A stretch of DNA of 64,000 nucleotides from a virus (lineage: Duplodnaviria > Caudoviricetes), in the IMG/VR virus record IMGVR_UViG_3300021376_000051, positions 1,205 to 65,204 of that record. One strand, written 5' to 3'. The notes below the pieces were generated by a model. It was not told where the DNA came from. It saw only the letters and a list, made by a program, of their open reading frames with translations, and searched no databases. A program made the translations under genes and the position numbers. Shown here piece by piece: positions 47,805 to 57,970 of this stretch. The stretch's first letter is position 1, and each line of letters starts with the position of its first letter.

Positions 47805-49184
47805 TCACTTTTTTAGTTTGCTAACTATTTTAACACCTGTGTTATGGTAATTTTTTTCAGTCTGGGTTAAAAATCCAGATCCATTTATATCACCACCGTA
47901 CTTATACGAAAGTACAGGAACAACGGTACCACCAGCAGAACCAATACTAAATATAAACGAACTACTTAATCCAGCTAAAAAAGTAGCATTTGGAATCTCA
48001 GAAACATTAATTGTATTATCAAGTGGTGCTGCTTGTGATAGTTTAAGCAACCAAGCACTACCCTTAGAATAGTTATTATTTTTTGGTTTTATGGTTAAAG
48101 TACCACACTGATTTCCAGCAGTTCCTCCACCTGTTACTTCGTCAATAAGTGTAGTATTATTTGCTAAAGAAATCCAAGATGAGATTGTATTTGTATTAGG
48201 TATATATCTACCAGTTGATGCTAAAACCTGTGCTCTATATAAATTAAGTGGAATATTAATTCTAAAGACATTTATACCATTAACTGATTGGTCTAAAAAA
48301 CTAATAGATGCACCACTAGTTTCGGTAAAATCAGTTTCTGTATAGGGTTCAAAATAATCTTCATTAGTTGGTAGTTCTTGAGCCTCAGTTGTATTTTGAA
48401 CACATATATAATATAATTCTAGATATTTTACTAATTCACCAACTATATATAAATTAGAACCAGACCAAGTACTAAGACCTGAAACAGGATAGCTTGCTGT
48501 GGTTTTTAAAATAAACTCCTGTGCTCCTGTATTAAAACCAGACCCAGTACCAGTAGCATTTGATATTGATATTTTTAACCCACTACCAGCTGGATTACTT
48601 CCAAATGTAGAGCTTGAAAAGAATATACTATCGTCATCATATAATCTTTGTATTTCTATTTGGATTGTTCCAGCACCTGTTTTAGCTAACTTAGCTATGT
48701 TATGTGGCCCCTCAACCGAAGTTACTGATATATTTGAAGAAGCTGGTAGAACATCTGGAGATACGGTTTCACCATAAGATGATATATATACAGTATCAGT
48801 ATCAAGTGGTAGTGCTCCAGATAAAGAGTCTGTATCCCAAATAAGTAAACATTTTGAAGAACTGTATACTCTATGAGAACCGCCGTCTTCTTGGTTAGGA
48901 CTTAAAGCTACTTGTTCATTAACAACTTCATTAACAACTTCATTAACTTCAGTACTTGAAGTTGCAGCAGTAAAGGATAAAATACCTGGATTAAATGGAC
49001 TATCAAATATTTCTGCTGGAATTGTTACTAAATCAATAGGAGTATTTGAAAGTAAACCGGATAGTCTATTTTTATTTGTTGGAAGTCCGATAGACCCAGC
49101 TATAGAAAACGATTTATTGCCGCTTGGTGACATATAAGCCCCAAAAGCTAAAGCATATGCTTGTTGATAAGAAATACCTGGCAT
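47805..49184 (-). CDS. Putative virion-surface protein with a CBM5/12-like module
   Basis: Ser/Gly/Thr-rich beta composition; W.....Y.VGELV.Y...YY.C. Confidence 0.55.
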   Translation of the reverse strand: MPGISYQQAYALAFGAYMSPSGNKSFSIAGSIGLPTNKNRLSGLLSNTPIDLVTIPAEIFDSPFNPGILSFTAATSSTEVNEVVNEVVNEQVALSPNQEDGGSHRVYSSSKCLLIWDTDSLSGALPLDTDTVYISSYGETVSPDVLPASSNISVTSVEGPHNIAKLAKTGAGTIQIEIQRLYDDDSIFFSSSTFGSNPAGSGLKISISNATGTGSGFNTGAQEFILKTTASYPVSGLSTWSGSNLYIVGELVKYLELYYICVQNTTEAQELPTNEDYFEPYTETDFTETSGASISFLDQSVNGINVFRINIPLNLYRAQVLASTGRYIPNTNTISSWISLANNTTLIDEVTGGGTAGNQCGTLTIKPKNNNYSKGSAWLLKLSQAAPLDNTINVSEIPNATFLAGLSSSFIFSIGSAGGTVVPVLSYKYGGDINGSGFLTQTEKNYHNTGVKIVSKLKK

Positions 49185-49196
49185 GTTATTATTACC

Positions 49197-51215
49197 TCAC
49201 TTTAGTTTCTTTTTGATAAGTTTAGCCCCGGATCTGTGGAATTCCATATCTACCGGAGTAAGGACATTGTTTTGTAATAGGCTTCCGCCGTTTTTAAATA
49301 CCGATACATTAGTATTTGGATTTGATTCTAGTGCTATTACGTCACTAGATGTTGCTTTCCTAAAAACAATATAGGGAAGTTTTATATCTTTAGTATCAGC
49401 TGGTGGTGGCAGTTGTGGCAAAGAATGAAGCTGATGTACACCATCTGGGTCATCTGTAAGTGGATTATAGCCCTTAAAATTAAACCTATAATTCAGACCA
49501 GTTAATGTAATTTGATTAAAACTTTCAAAGGAAGTACCCCAGTTAAATATATTTTTAGTAGTAAATCTATCCTCTGGTTTAAATCTTTTAAAGGATGGAT
49601 CAGTTGTTTCTAGGTTTATTCCACTTCTTAATGAGAATATTTGTTCATTTGTAATAGGTGGCAAAGACTCATTAGGATCAGAAACATCGTACCAATTAAC
49701 CATAGTATCAACGATATCTGACTCATAAATATTTTTTTCAGGGTTTGCTGAAATAAAATCAGGATGCGTTATTTGCCAGCTTTTATCTTTAAGAATAAAC
49801 TCAATAACTTTTTTTTGGTTTTCCGTAAGAATACCTGGTGCTCCTGTACTACCAAAAACAGCATAAACATGTTGATCTATTGTTTGAGTAACTTCTGTTC
49901 CGTTTAGTCCAATAAAAGTAGCTGGTAAATTTAAAGTTCCGGCTGTGTTTAATTGATTAGAAACACCACCAGAGAACAATCCAGTTAGTGGTAGTAAAAT
50001 TTCTGGGGTTATTGTGCCATTTCTATCAAAGCACCAAAATACTAATGATGAAGAATCGCCCTCTTGCATAGATGAATTTTCATCTGTATTGTTAAACCAT
50101 GCTGGTTTATTTATATAGTTAAACAAATCACCATAAAAGCTAGCTACGGAAAAGACTTCCTTTAGAATACCAAAATTGCTAGAGCTTAATCCTAAATAAC
50201 CCCTATGAAAAGAACTTTGAACTAACAAACATGCGGATGCTTTTAAATTCCTTGTTATAGAGTTGAAATTATGATAGTTAGCAGAAAGCTTTGTTGTCTT
50301 TTTAAATGGAACTTTTGGTTTAATTATATTTACTGGAGTTTTAATAGCTTGTATTGTAAGGTCTGAAAAGGATTGAAATACTTCAAGTGGTACATCTAAT
50401 ACATCTGTAATATCTAATCCAGGATTTTTTAAAGCAAACCAAAGTGGATAAAAACCAATGTCTAGTGCGCCATTTTTAAATGCTGAAGAATAAGGATACA
50501 AACCATTAGGATTGCCGCCAACTTCTTGTGGTGTTCGTTTTGTTATTGTTTGTCTATTACCACTAGCATCAACAGTATAAGCTATATCATTTCGTAATGG
50601 ATAATGTCCATTAAGTATTATGTGTTGAGATGTTAACATGTGTGCTATTCTACAGGATTTACCATTCCATCCAGTATTGGGAGCATTATTTACTCTACCA
50701 CCAGTTACAATACCACTAAAGTGATATGTATTAAATGGGGTTCCTAGCATGAAAGATGTATTCTTACAAGCTGTAGCAGTTGGAATAGCAGTATTAAACA
50801 CATCGTAATTAAATAGTTCGTGTCTTGCTGGATTATAGTTTTCTTCTATAATGCCACGACCTTGGACTGTATTATTTTGGTTATCAACATATGTACTAAA
50901 TGGACCAGATATTGTAGAAGAAACCAATCCAGTTATTGTTCTAAGCTCATATCCTTCTTGGATAATTAAGTTAGAAAAAACAATACCGTTTGTACCCCCG
51001 CCACAAACTTGCATAAAAATTGTACCAGCACTTGAGTTAGGTACTGGTATTATTTCATAAATTCTACTTGTTTGTGTAATCTGGCCGCTGTTTACTGGAT
51101 TGAATACAGCAACAACATCACCAACAAAAAAAGATGTTATGTCGTCTACAGGTATTCCCCATATAGCTCCAGTAGATCCGCCGTTAATTCCTGTAACTCT
51201 TCTACAATGATACAT
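49197..51215 (-). CDS. Putative virion protein with trypsin-like serine protease motifs
   Basis: AHMLTSQHIILNGHY ... SDLTI ... QEGDSSSLVF in His-Asp-Ser order. Confidence 0.5.
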   Translation of the reverse strand: MYHCRRVTGINGGSTGAIWGIPVDDITSFFVGDVVAVFNPVNSGQITQTSRIYEIIPVPNSSAGTIFMQVCGGGTNGIVFSNLIIQEGYELRTITGLVSSTISGPFSTYVDNQNNTVQGRGIIEENYNPARHELFNYDVFNTAIPTATACKNTSFMLGTPFNTYHFSGIVTGGRVNNAPNTGWNGKSCRIAHMLTSQHIILNGHYPLRNDIAYTVDASGNRQTITKRTPQEVGGNPNGLYPYSSAFKNGALDIGFYPLWFALKNPGLDITDVLDVPLEVFQSFSDLTIQAIKTPVNIIKPKVPFKKTTKLSANYHNFNSITRNLKASACLLVQSSFHRGYLGLSSSNFGILKEVFSVASFYGDLFNYINKPAWFNNTDENSSMQEGDSSSLVFWCFDRNGTITPEILLPLTGLFSGGVSNQLNTAGTLNLPATFIGLNGTEVTQTIDQHVYAVFGSTGAPGILTENQKKVIEFILKDKSWQITHPDFISANPEKNIYESDIVDTMVNWYDVSDPNESLPPITNEQIFSLRSGINLETTDPSFKRFKPEDRFTTKNIFNWGTSFESFNQITLTGLNYRFNFKGYNPLTDDPDGVHQLHSLPQLPPPADTKDIKLPYIVFRKATSSDVIALESNPNTNVSVFKNGGSLLQNNVLTPVDMEFHRSGAKLIKKKLK

Positions 51216-51274
51216 AAATTACCTTGGGCTAAGTTTTAAAAAGGTAGCATGAGTCCACTCACCACTAACTGGTG

Positions 51275-51343
51275 TCATTTCTTACCCCCACAACCACAAG
51301 ACATCTTCTTTGTGGACTTTTTCTTTTTCATTTTCTTTGCCAT
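51275..51343 (-). CDS. 22-aa Lys-rich micro-ORF
   Basis: MAKKMKKKKSTKKMSCGCGGKK*; TAATG coupling to the upstream gene. Confidence 0.5.
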   Translation of the reverse strand: MAKKMKKKKSTKKMSCGCGGKK

Positions 51344-51579
51344 TATTTCTTTCCTTTCTTAGATTTCTCCCATCTAACTGGCTTAGAACTCTTCTTAGCC
51401 TTAACACCCTTGGCGGTGCATTGGGCTTTGGTTGGTCGGCAAGCGGGATAAGAGCCTCCTGAAGAGGCAGATTTGCGACCACATGGCCCACCAGTCTTAC
51501 AGTTTACCCAGCCCTTACCATTGTTCCGCTTGAACCAACCATGTAATCCGTACTTCCTTTCCTGAGAAAAGTCAGCCAT
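51343..51579 (-). CDS. Small basic Cys-containing protein
   Basis: L..WF......WV....G.PCGR.......YP.CRP family seen in aquatic phages. Confidence 0.75.
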   Translation of the reverse strand: MADFSQERKYGLHGWFKRNNGKGWVNCKTGGPCGRKSASSGGSYPACRPTKAQCTAKGVKAKKSSKPVRWEKSKKGKK

Positions 51580-51692
51580 TACTTGTAACCCTTCTTAGTC
51601 ATCATCTTCTTCCCTGTCTTCTTAGCTGCTGCCTTAGCATCAGCCTTACCCTTAGCGGTATATGGGAAGGTCTTCTTACCTACCTTTGGCAT
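51579..51692 (-). CDS. 37-aa basic peptide (MPKVGKKTFPYTAKG...)
   Basis: GGAGG RBS; TAATG coupling; well-known small phage peptide pattern. Confidence 0.7.
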   Translation of the reverse strand: MPKVGKKTFPYTAKGKADAKAAAKKTGKKMMTKKGYK

Positions 51693-51693
51693 A

Positions 51694-51834
51694 TTACTTT
51701 CCTCCCTTCTTGGCCTTATTGCCCCAGTTTTTGGCACCTACCTTACGGCATTTGACCATTGCGCCTGAGGCATATGCGCTGTGTTTACCTTTATACCTAG
51801 TCATTACTTTGTGATAACAGGCATCTTTTGGCAT
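51694..51834 (-). CDS. 46-aa basic protein (DACYHKV...SAYASGA..KCRK)
   Basis: AAGGTGA RBS; motif familiar from cyanophage and freshwater phage proteins. Confidence 0.75.
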   Translation of the reverse strand: MPKDACYHKVMTRYKGKHSAYASGAMVKCRKVGAKNWGNKAKKGGK

Positions 51835-51879
51835 AATAATCACCTTTCTATGATTCTAACTGCTTGGTTATTTGAATTT

Positions 51880-53259
51880 TTAGCTCCAAGGACCAATGGA
51901 TAAAACACCATTAGTTCCTACTGGAGTAAATGTTATATAGGTTCCTATCTTTACTACATTAGTACCACCAGGATTTGCACTGAATGCAATCTTTGGTGTA
52001 ATGGTTACTGAGTCTGCTGTTTTAATAATGCCAGTAATAAAGGCATTATAGCTGTTAGTTGAGAATGTAGCATTAGTTATATTGCCACCAAAAGTAGTAT
52101 TATAAAAAGCAGAATCTTGAGTTCTTAATGCTGCACCGCCATTACTTGGTGTACCAATAGTAGCAAAGTGTATTGTTGGTGGATTGACTGTAACACTTTC
52201 AATAAACCTTAATGCTAGGTGTCTTGCTGTAGTTGTACCCATAGTTAAATATAAATAACCCCTAATTTGGTATGTAGTATTGGCAGCAAGTGTTATTGTA
52301 TCTTGAGGTACATCAAATATATTTTGATTACCAGTGGCAGCTAAGATTGTTCTATCAGATGTTAGTATAGATGTTTGTTCACATGGTATAAGACCACGGC
52401 CAGATGAGTTATTACCATAGATAATATTACCATCGTGCTCAATCACACCAGTCACTGAGGTATTTAATACGACTGATGATAGTGAAACCTTAGGAGTTTT
52501 AACTTCTGTGGCTGCCTCTATCTCACCAAATGTTTGTTTGGCTGTGAATGTTTGTGCTACTCCTAGTTTAACTGGAGTCACAGGAATCCAATTAGAGCCG
52601 TTCCAAGCAGGAACCTGATCTGTAGCCGCAGAGCTTTGTGTAAGGTCACTGAGGGGATGTGTATGGGCTGTGGGTGTTCTTGAATTAGTAAGCCTAGGAT
52701 CATTACCCTCACAGATTGTATTGGCAGTTGACCCATATCTATCGCTAATTAACTCTGACCCTACTGATATATCCCAACCAGTATAAGTACCGGGTGTTCC
52801 ATAGGATCTTGTAATACCAAATGTTAAATCACCTACAGTTGGATCATAGTCTTTAACTTGTGCATAAAAATACTCAGTAGGGGAGTGGTTAAATACAAGA
52901 GTTTGGTTTACTCTATATGTATAATTTAATCCAACCCATACTGAGTTTGGTGTTATTGTTGTATCGATTACAAAGTCATTAGATGCAGCTTTAGTCTGAT
53001 CTTTTTTAACTATTTCACTCTTTAGTGAATTAGGATAAGCTTCGTCTTTTTCACTGTTTAAGGCTGTTTGAACTTGATAAGTTAGCTGATCGGATGTGTC
53101 TATTCTTTGGTTTAAGTAGGATGTTGTGTTGTTAAGTTGTAGAGATAGCTGATTTAGCTGTGAGTTTATTAAGGTTGTGTTCTCAAGTAAGCTTGATTGA
53201 ACAGGAGCCAATAATAAACGCATTGCATTTAGTGTTTTTCTATCTCTATCTGCATTCAT
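51880..53259 (-). CDS. Fibre-like structural protein
   Basis: Coiled-coil N-terminus; EGNDPRL...PTAHTH fibre motif; QTFTAKQTF. Confidence 0.65.
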   Translation of the reverse strand: MNADRDRKTLNAMRLLLAPVQSSLLENTTLINSQLNQLSLQLNNTTSYLNQRIDTSDQLTYQVQTALNSEKDEAYPNSLKSEIVKKDQTKAASNDFVIDTTITPNSVWVGLNYTYRVNQTLVFNHSPTEYFYAQVKDYDPTVGDLTFGITRSYGTPGTYTGWDISVGSELISDRYGSTANTICEGNDPRLTNSRTPTAHTHPLSDLTQSSAATDQVPAWNGSNWIPVTPVKLGVAQTFTAKQTFGEIEAATEVKTPKVSLSSVVLNTSVTGVIEHDGNIIYGNNSSGRGLIPCEQTSILTSDRTILAATGNQNIFDVPQDTITLAANTTYQIRGYLYLTMGTTTARHLALRFIESVTVNPPTIHFATIGTPSNGGAALRTQDSAFYNTTFGGNITNATFSTNSYNAFITGIIKTADSVTITPKIAFSANPGGTNVVKIGTYITFTPVGTNGVLSIGPWS

Positions 53260-53555
53260 CCCTTACATTTCCTACCCTTTGGGCAGCTTTGCTTAGAGCC
53301 ACCTGGGCCAGCCCATAGATTTTTGCAGGCCCAATATTTGGCTGTTAGCTTGTTGTTTGCTTGATTACAGTTATGTCTAGCCTTAAAGCTCTTTCTGGCT
53401 TCTGGAGAGTAGTTATGACCATACCCTTTGGCACCAAAGTGAATGATTTTTTCTTGACCATTGGCGCAAGCCTTGACCATTCTTTTCTTACCGGGTGAGG
53501 TAGATGGTCTTGGTTTATTACAGGGCATACTTGATTTGTTTGCTTTCTTAGCCAT
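53256..53555 (-). CDS. Small basic protein (HFGA.GY...RKSFKARH.C...A.YW)
   Basis: Recurrent aquatic-phage motif. Confidence 0.75.
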   Translation of the reverse strand: MAKKANKSSMPCNKPRPSTSPGKKRMVKACANGQEKIIHFGAKGYGHNYSPEARKSFKARHNCNQANNKLTAKYWACKNLWAGPGGSKQSCPKGRKCKG

Positions 53556-55152
53556 TCATACCTCCAAATAGTTTCATTGCTTGTTGTTGTACTTCTGGTG
53601 GAATGTTTGCACCACCAGTATTCTTTAGATCTTCTTGCATAGCAGAGCCAGCAGCATTTGCTGTTTGCTGAGCAACAATCTTTTGTAGTTCCATCTGCTG
53701 CTGCATCTGAGCTTGCTTGTTTTTTTCTTCTTGTATTTCTTCTTGTGATTTAACCCAGTTATCTGGATCAAACCCAAGTGAAGTAATAAGTGCTCTAGCA
53801 AAGGCATCCCACTTAAAGGATGACGCAGCTTGCTCAGGTAGGTTTCTTACCATTTCACCCATTTGGAGTAACTTGGTAATATCTGACTCTCTTGACAATG
53901 ATTGTAAACCAGTCAGGATTTCAATGTTAAGAATACCATTCTTCTCATCAAACTGGTCCTTGATTCTTTCATCTATTTCGTTGTTATCCAACATTAGATA
54001 TACTGTTCTTCTAATAATAGGGATCATAAAGTCTCTAGCAATAGCAGAGAAAGTACCACCAAGGATATTCTCTAACTCATTACCGACAGCTCTAATAGCG
54101 GTAGCTGTTACGCGATCACCTGTAGGCATTGCTGCTGTCTGTAGCAGGAAGCCCTGACCAACCTCTTTGCGCATTGTTTCTACTGCTGAAGCACTTACCT
54201 GAAGTTGTGCATTCATAGTATCTGATGGTGAGATTGTAAATACTTCGTTCTTCTTTGCCGCTACCCATTGACCATTAACGGCCCCGGATAGGTCATCAAT
54301 TTCCGTTACACCGGCTGGGTCTACACCCATAAAAAAAGTAGAACCAGCAGCCATGCCTTGAATTAAGGCTCTGCTGTATGATTCCAAAGTCTTGATATCG
54401 GAGTAGATATCTTCTACATGGGATCTACCATAATCTTCACCAGCAATGGTAGCCCAACGTAGTATTACATACGGAAGAACATCATAGTAACCTACATCTA
54501 TAATCTCTTTTTCTAGTTCTTTTTCTACTTTCCAGCGACCAGTATCTTCTTCTTGGCAAACCCGGATATAAACTGTTTTATACCCGGATTGTTCTTCTTC
54601 ACCAGAAATAAAATCATAATAGTTAGCTGGTTCTACATTGGATGGAGAAACGAATTCTAGGTAGATAAACTCTTTAATAGACCCATTTACATCCCTTCGG
54701 ACTACAAACTGGTCAAGACGGACTACCCTAAATGAATAATCATTTTCCATCACAATAAGAACATCGCCAACAACTATGAGGTGTTGCATGGCTAAATAGG
54801 AAACTTCTCTAAGGTTATTAGATATTAGTTTCTTATATACTTGGAAAGAAAGCTTATCTAGAAATTCTGCTACTTCTCTAGATGGTTCACGACCATTCTT
54901 AAGACCAAATGAAAAGAATGGTGTATCGTTTAGTGGAATTAATACACTGAGAATCTTACTAGCAAGTGATGTTACACCTCTAGATTGAACAGAAGAGAAT
55001 GTCTGAAGTAGGTTATCTTCTCCAGTCATTGACTCATATGGCAACAAAGTAGGAACAGTTATAGCAGAACATGCTCTTGCTTTGTTTAGTTTAGTATCAC
55101 GTTTGGCATTTAAAACTTGCCATCGTTCTTTGATTGTTTTCTCAGTATTCAT
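53548..55152 (-). CDS. Portal / head-tail connector (gp8-like)
   Basis: SRGV.SLASK; PFF; VV.RD..G; GEDYGRS; RVTAT.IR....ELE..LGG. Confidence 0.95.
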   Translation of the reverse strand: MNTEKTIKERWQVLNAKRDTKLNKARACSAITVPTLLPYESMTGEDNLLQTFSSVQSRGVTSLASKILSVLIPLNDTPFFSFGLKNGREPSREVAEFLDKLSFQVYKKLISNNLREVSYLAMQHLIVVGDVLIVMENDYSFRVVRLDQFVVRRDVNGSIKEFIYLEFVSPSNVEPANYYDFISGEEEQSGYKTVYIRVCQEEDTGRWKVEKELEKEIIDVGYYDVLPYVILRWATIAGEDYGRSHVEDIYSDIKTLESYSRALIQGMAAGSTFFMGVDPAGVTEIDDLSGAVNGQWVAAKKNEVFTISPSDTMNAQLQVSASAVETMRKEVGQGFLLQTAAMPTGDRVTATAIRAVGNELENILGGTFSAIARDFMIPIIRRTVYLMLDNNEIDERIKDQFDEKNGILNIEILTGLQSLSRESDITKLLQMGEMVRNLPEQAASSFKWDAFARALITSLGFDPDNWVKSQEEIQEEKNKQAQMQQQMELQKIVAQQTANAAGSAMQEDLKNTGGANIPPEVQQQAMKLFGGMNG

Positions 55153-55161
55153 TTACTCTCC

Positions 55162-55533
55162 TCAGAGTGGTCTTATCTCTTGTTCGTATGCTGGTCTTTC
55201 AATAACCGGCATGTCTAGGTTTAAACCAGCTTCGCCTAGGGTTATCTCACCCTTATCAACCCTAGCTTGAGCGGTCTGCTCTAGGAAGGTTGCTGTTTCT
55301 CTACGACGTTCTTCAGCAATTACACCAGCTCTTCTGGCTGCTGCTTCCTGCTGTAGTCTTTCGTTTTCAATTCGCTCTAGTCGTGCGTTTTCACGCATTC
55401 TAGCTTCTTGTTCTTTTTGTAGCTTAGCTTGCATTGCCATTTGCTCACGCATAAGGCTCATAGCATATGCATCTGGATCTGTGATTTGTCCACTTGGACC
55501 ACGATTACCACCACCACCTCCACCAAAACTCAT
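55162..55533 (-). CDS. Small virion-associated protein upstream of the portal
   Basis: MSFGGGGG start, coiled coil; position like T7 gp6.7/7.3. Confidence 0.55.
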   Translation of the reverse strand: MSFGGGGGGNRGPSGQITDPDAYAMSLMREQMAMQAKLQKEQEARMRENARLERIENERLQQEAAARRAGVIAEERRRETATFLEQTAQARVDKGEITLGEAGLNLDMPVIERPAYEQEIRPL

Positions 55534-55555
55534 AGGTTACCTCCTTTCCTGAAGG

Positions 55556-55828
55556 TCAAACATTGCCCGTATTTTCTGAACTAGTTCTATCTGACCCGCT
55601 TTGAAGCCACGCTCGTAATCCTTTAGCTTTAGATCGTTTGGGTTCAGGGTTATTATTTTTTCCAGCTTCTCTATCAATTCTTTGCTTATTCTCAAGTTGT
55701 TCTCGTTCATTGTTTAATCTTGTTATTTCTTCTTTATAATCTCTAATAAGCTTTAAACATAGCTGAAGATCTGGATCCATTTGTGCATTATGTTTTAATC
55801 TTAATAGTAAATACTCAACTCTGTTCAT
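55556..55828 (-). CDS. Hypothetical protein
   Basis: Co-oriented ORF. Confidence 0.5.
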   Translation of the reverse strand: MNRVEYLLLRLKHNAQMDPDLQLCLKLIRDYKEEITRLNNEREQLENKQRIDREAGKNNNPEPKRSKAKGLRAWLQSGSDRTSSENTGNV

Positions 55829-56042
55829 TTTTAGATACCATAATATTTAGCATAAAGTTTTTTGTACCGGGATCTATTTTATTTTCAGTTAATGCCGTGT
55901 GGAAGTTACTTAAGAATATGTGTGCCATATTCATGTTGTGAAAGCCAACATCTAATTGAGAATCTTTTAGTTTAACGAGCTTAATTGCTTCGTTTATAAC
56001 AAGATCCAAATCATACTCACTTTCAACAAACATTGTAGACAT
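55815..56042 (-). CDS. Hypothetical protein
   Basis: AGGAG RBS, co-oriented. Confidence 0.6.
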   Translation of the reverse strand: MSTMFVESEYDLDLVINEAIKLVKLKDSQLDVGFHNMNMAHIFLSNFHTALTENKIDPGTKNFMLNIMVSKNEQS

Positions 56043-56052
56043 AATATACTCC

Positions 56053-57969
56053 TTAAGTTATTTCACAGGCACCAGCAGAACAAGCTAGTTCGTGTGATGC
56101 CTTGGTTGTATCTTCTTTTTCATATTCTGAAAGTAGATTCCAATTTACATGAGTAGGCATTAACGCCTCAAGTTTACCATACTCTTCTTCAGTAATAGAC
56201 TCAAAGGGTGCTTGCTGGTAGATGTGTTCTACAGTTGGTAGAAATGATACACCAGATACCATGTGCCAGTGTTGCCATAACCAACCACCTACATATAGGA
56301 AGTCATTATCTGTATAGTTTACAGTAACGCTTGGCTTGTGATCGCAGTAGAATAGTTGATAAGCCAACCATAATTGTAGGTGACCTAGTGCATTAATCTC
56401 ATGTCGAGTAACACCAAAGTTTGCCTTAATTGGGAATGAGAATACTGTTGTATTTTCTGGCTTCATAACACAAGGCTCATGTGGAATACCAGCATTAGCC
56501 ATAAACTTGGACATTGGTGAGTTCTTTTCCATTCTGATTCTACGGATATAGAACTTATCAAATCTTGGATGAAGACCGCTAGCTGAACCAGCAACACAGG
56601 ATGTTGTTCCCTCTGGCTTTACACAGGTAATTGACTTTGATGGATTAATACCAAGATATTCAGCAAACTGTTCATTTGTTTTGTGAGCAACAAACTTAAG
56701 TGCTTCAAGAATCTTTTGTAGTTCTTCAATACCATGACCACCATTTGTAAGGTTGTTATCAAAGATACCAGTCATAGATACACCAAGCAATCTTTCTTCT
56801 TCACAGTTTTCCTTGAAAGATGTTTGACCATTCTTTTCAAAGTAAGTAAAGTTAGTAAGAGCACTCTGGAGGGTACCTAGGATTGTAGCTAGTCTGATCT
56901 TCTCAATTAGCTGTGGGCCTTGGTCTTGTGGTTTAACTACAATAGTACTTAGGTTGCAGAACTGATCTGGTCTGAGGATAATCTCACTACAGGGATTAGT
57001 ACCAAACTTGTAATTAGGATTTCTACCAGCCTTTTCTGCAATCTTTTGCATTACTTCTCTATTACAAATACCACGCTCACCTGACCGTGAATTGTAAAGA
57101 GAAGCCCATTCATTCATAAATGTACCGAGACTGGGCTTGCCATTAAATACAGCAGAGTTATTAGCTAATGATCTATGACCATTAGTTTCCCACCAGGGAC
57201 CACTTTTGGCATGGGCCATATCGTAATCATTTAGATCTGATAGGCTGATCAGGGCTGAGCGTCTTACGCCACCACTGATAATGCTATCTGCAATCTGACA
57301 TACAAGATCGTGAACTTCAATTGGCTTTAGTTTACGACCCTTGGCACCATAGAAGATGTTAGATGTAAACTTAATAAGACGTACAAATGGTTCTGGACCA
57401 CTGGCTCTCCCACCAAAAGTCTTAAGTCTTGTACCGGCTGCTCTTATTTTACTTACGTCAACTGTAAAATGCTTACCATTGAACAGTTCTATAATAAAAC
57501 ACTTATAGGCATTAGCCCAACCCTCTCTTGAGTCCTCGACTACAATAGAGTCTGATAACTTTGTAATTGTTTCTGGGATCTGGGGTAGGTTATTAATCTC
57601 TTCAGACTCAACTGAAAAGCCAACTCCAGTGCCACAGGCTAGGGCGTACAGGATATTTGAGAATGATTCTACTGAATTAACAGCAACATAGCAGCAGTTA
57701 TAGGCTGCAACATCATCCTTATCAAGAGCTGGGCCAGCCGTCATAAGAGCGCGCATAGAACCGAATATTTCACGATTCTTCATTGCTTCTCTGGCCTTAT
57801 TAAACTCTTCATATTGCAGTTTAGGTAGCTTAGTGTTTAGATTTAGTCGGCTATCTAGGTAATTAAAGTATCTATCTACAGCCTCATCCCAGGTTTCTCT
57901 ACGGTTTAGGTCATCTACCCAACGACAATACTTATCAATTGCTACTAATTCTTCAAAAATCTTACTCAT
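56053..57969 (-). CDS. nrdJ: Class II (B12-dependent) ribonucleotide reductase
   Basis: RRETWDE; SMRALMTAG; YNC; GGVRRSA; TNPCSEI; VKPEGT; C-terminal CSAGACEI; no NrdB nearby. Confidence 0.92.
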   Translation of the reverse strand: MSKIFEELVAIDKYCRWVDDLNRRETWDEAVDRYFNYLDSRLNLNTKLPKLQYEEFNKAREAMKNREIFGSMRALMTAGPALDKDDVAAYNCCYVAVNSVESFSNILYALACGTGVGFSVESEEINNLPQIPETITKLSDSIVVEDSREGWANAYKCFIIELFNGKHFTVDVSKIRAAGTRLKTFGGRASGPEPFVRLIKFTSNIFYGAKGRKLKPIEVHDLVCQIADSIISGGVRRSALISLSDLNDYDMAHAKSGPWWETNGHRSLANNSAVFNGKPSLGTFMNEWASLYNSRSGERGICNREVMQKIAEKAGRNPNYKFGTNPCSEIILRPDQFCNLSTIVVKPQDQGPQLIEKIRLATILGTLQSALTNFTYFEKNGQTSFKENCEEERLLGVSMTGIFDNNLTNGGHGIEELQKILEALKFVAHKTNEQFAEYLGINPSKSITCVKPEGTTSCVAGSASGLHPRFDKFYIRRIRMEKNSPMSKFMANAGIPHEPCVMKPENTTVFSFPIKANFGVTRHEINALGHLQLWLAYQLFYCDHKPSVTVNYTDNDFLYVGGWLWQHWHMVSGVSFLPTVEHIYQQAPFESITEEEYGKLEALMPTHVNWNLLSEYEKEDTTKASHELACSAGACEIT

Positions 57970-57970
57970 A

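Noticed and set aside
48915-48950. 12-bp tandem repeat (VNEV units)
   Set aside because: Short in-frame slippage with no evident significance
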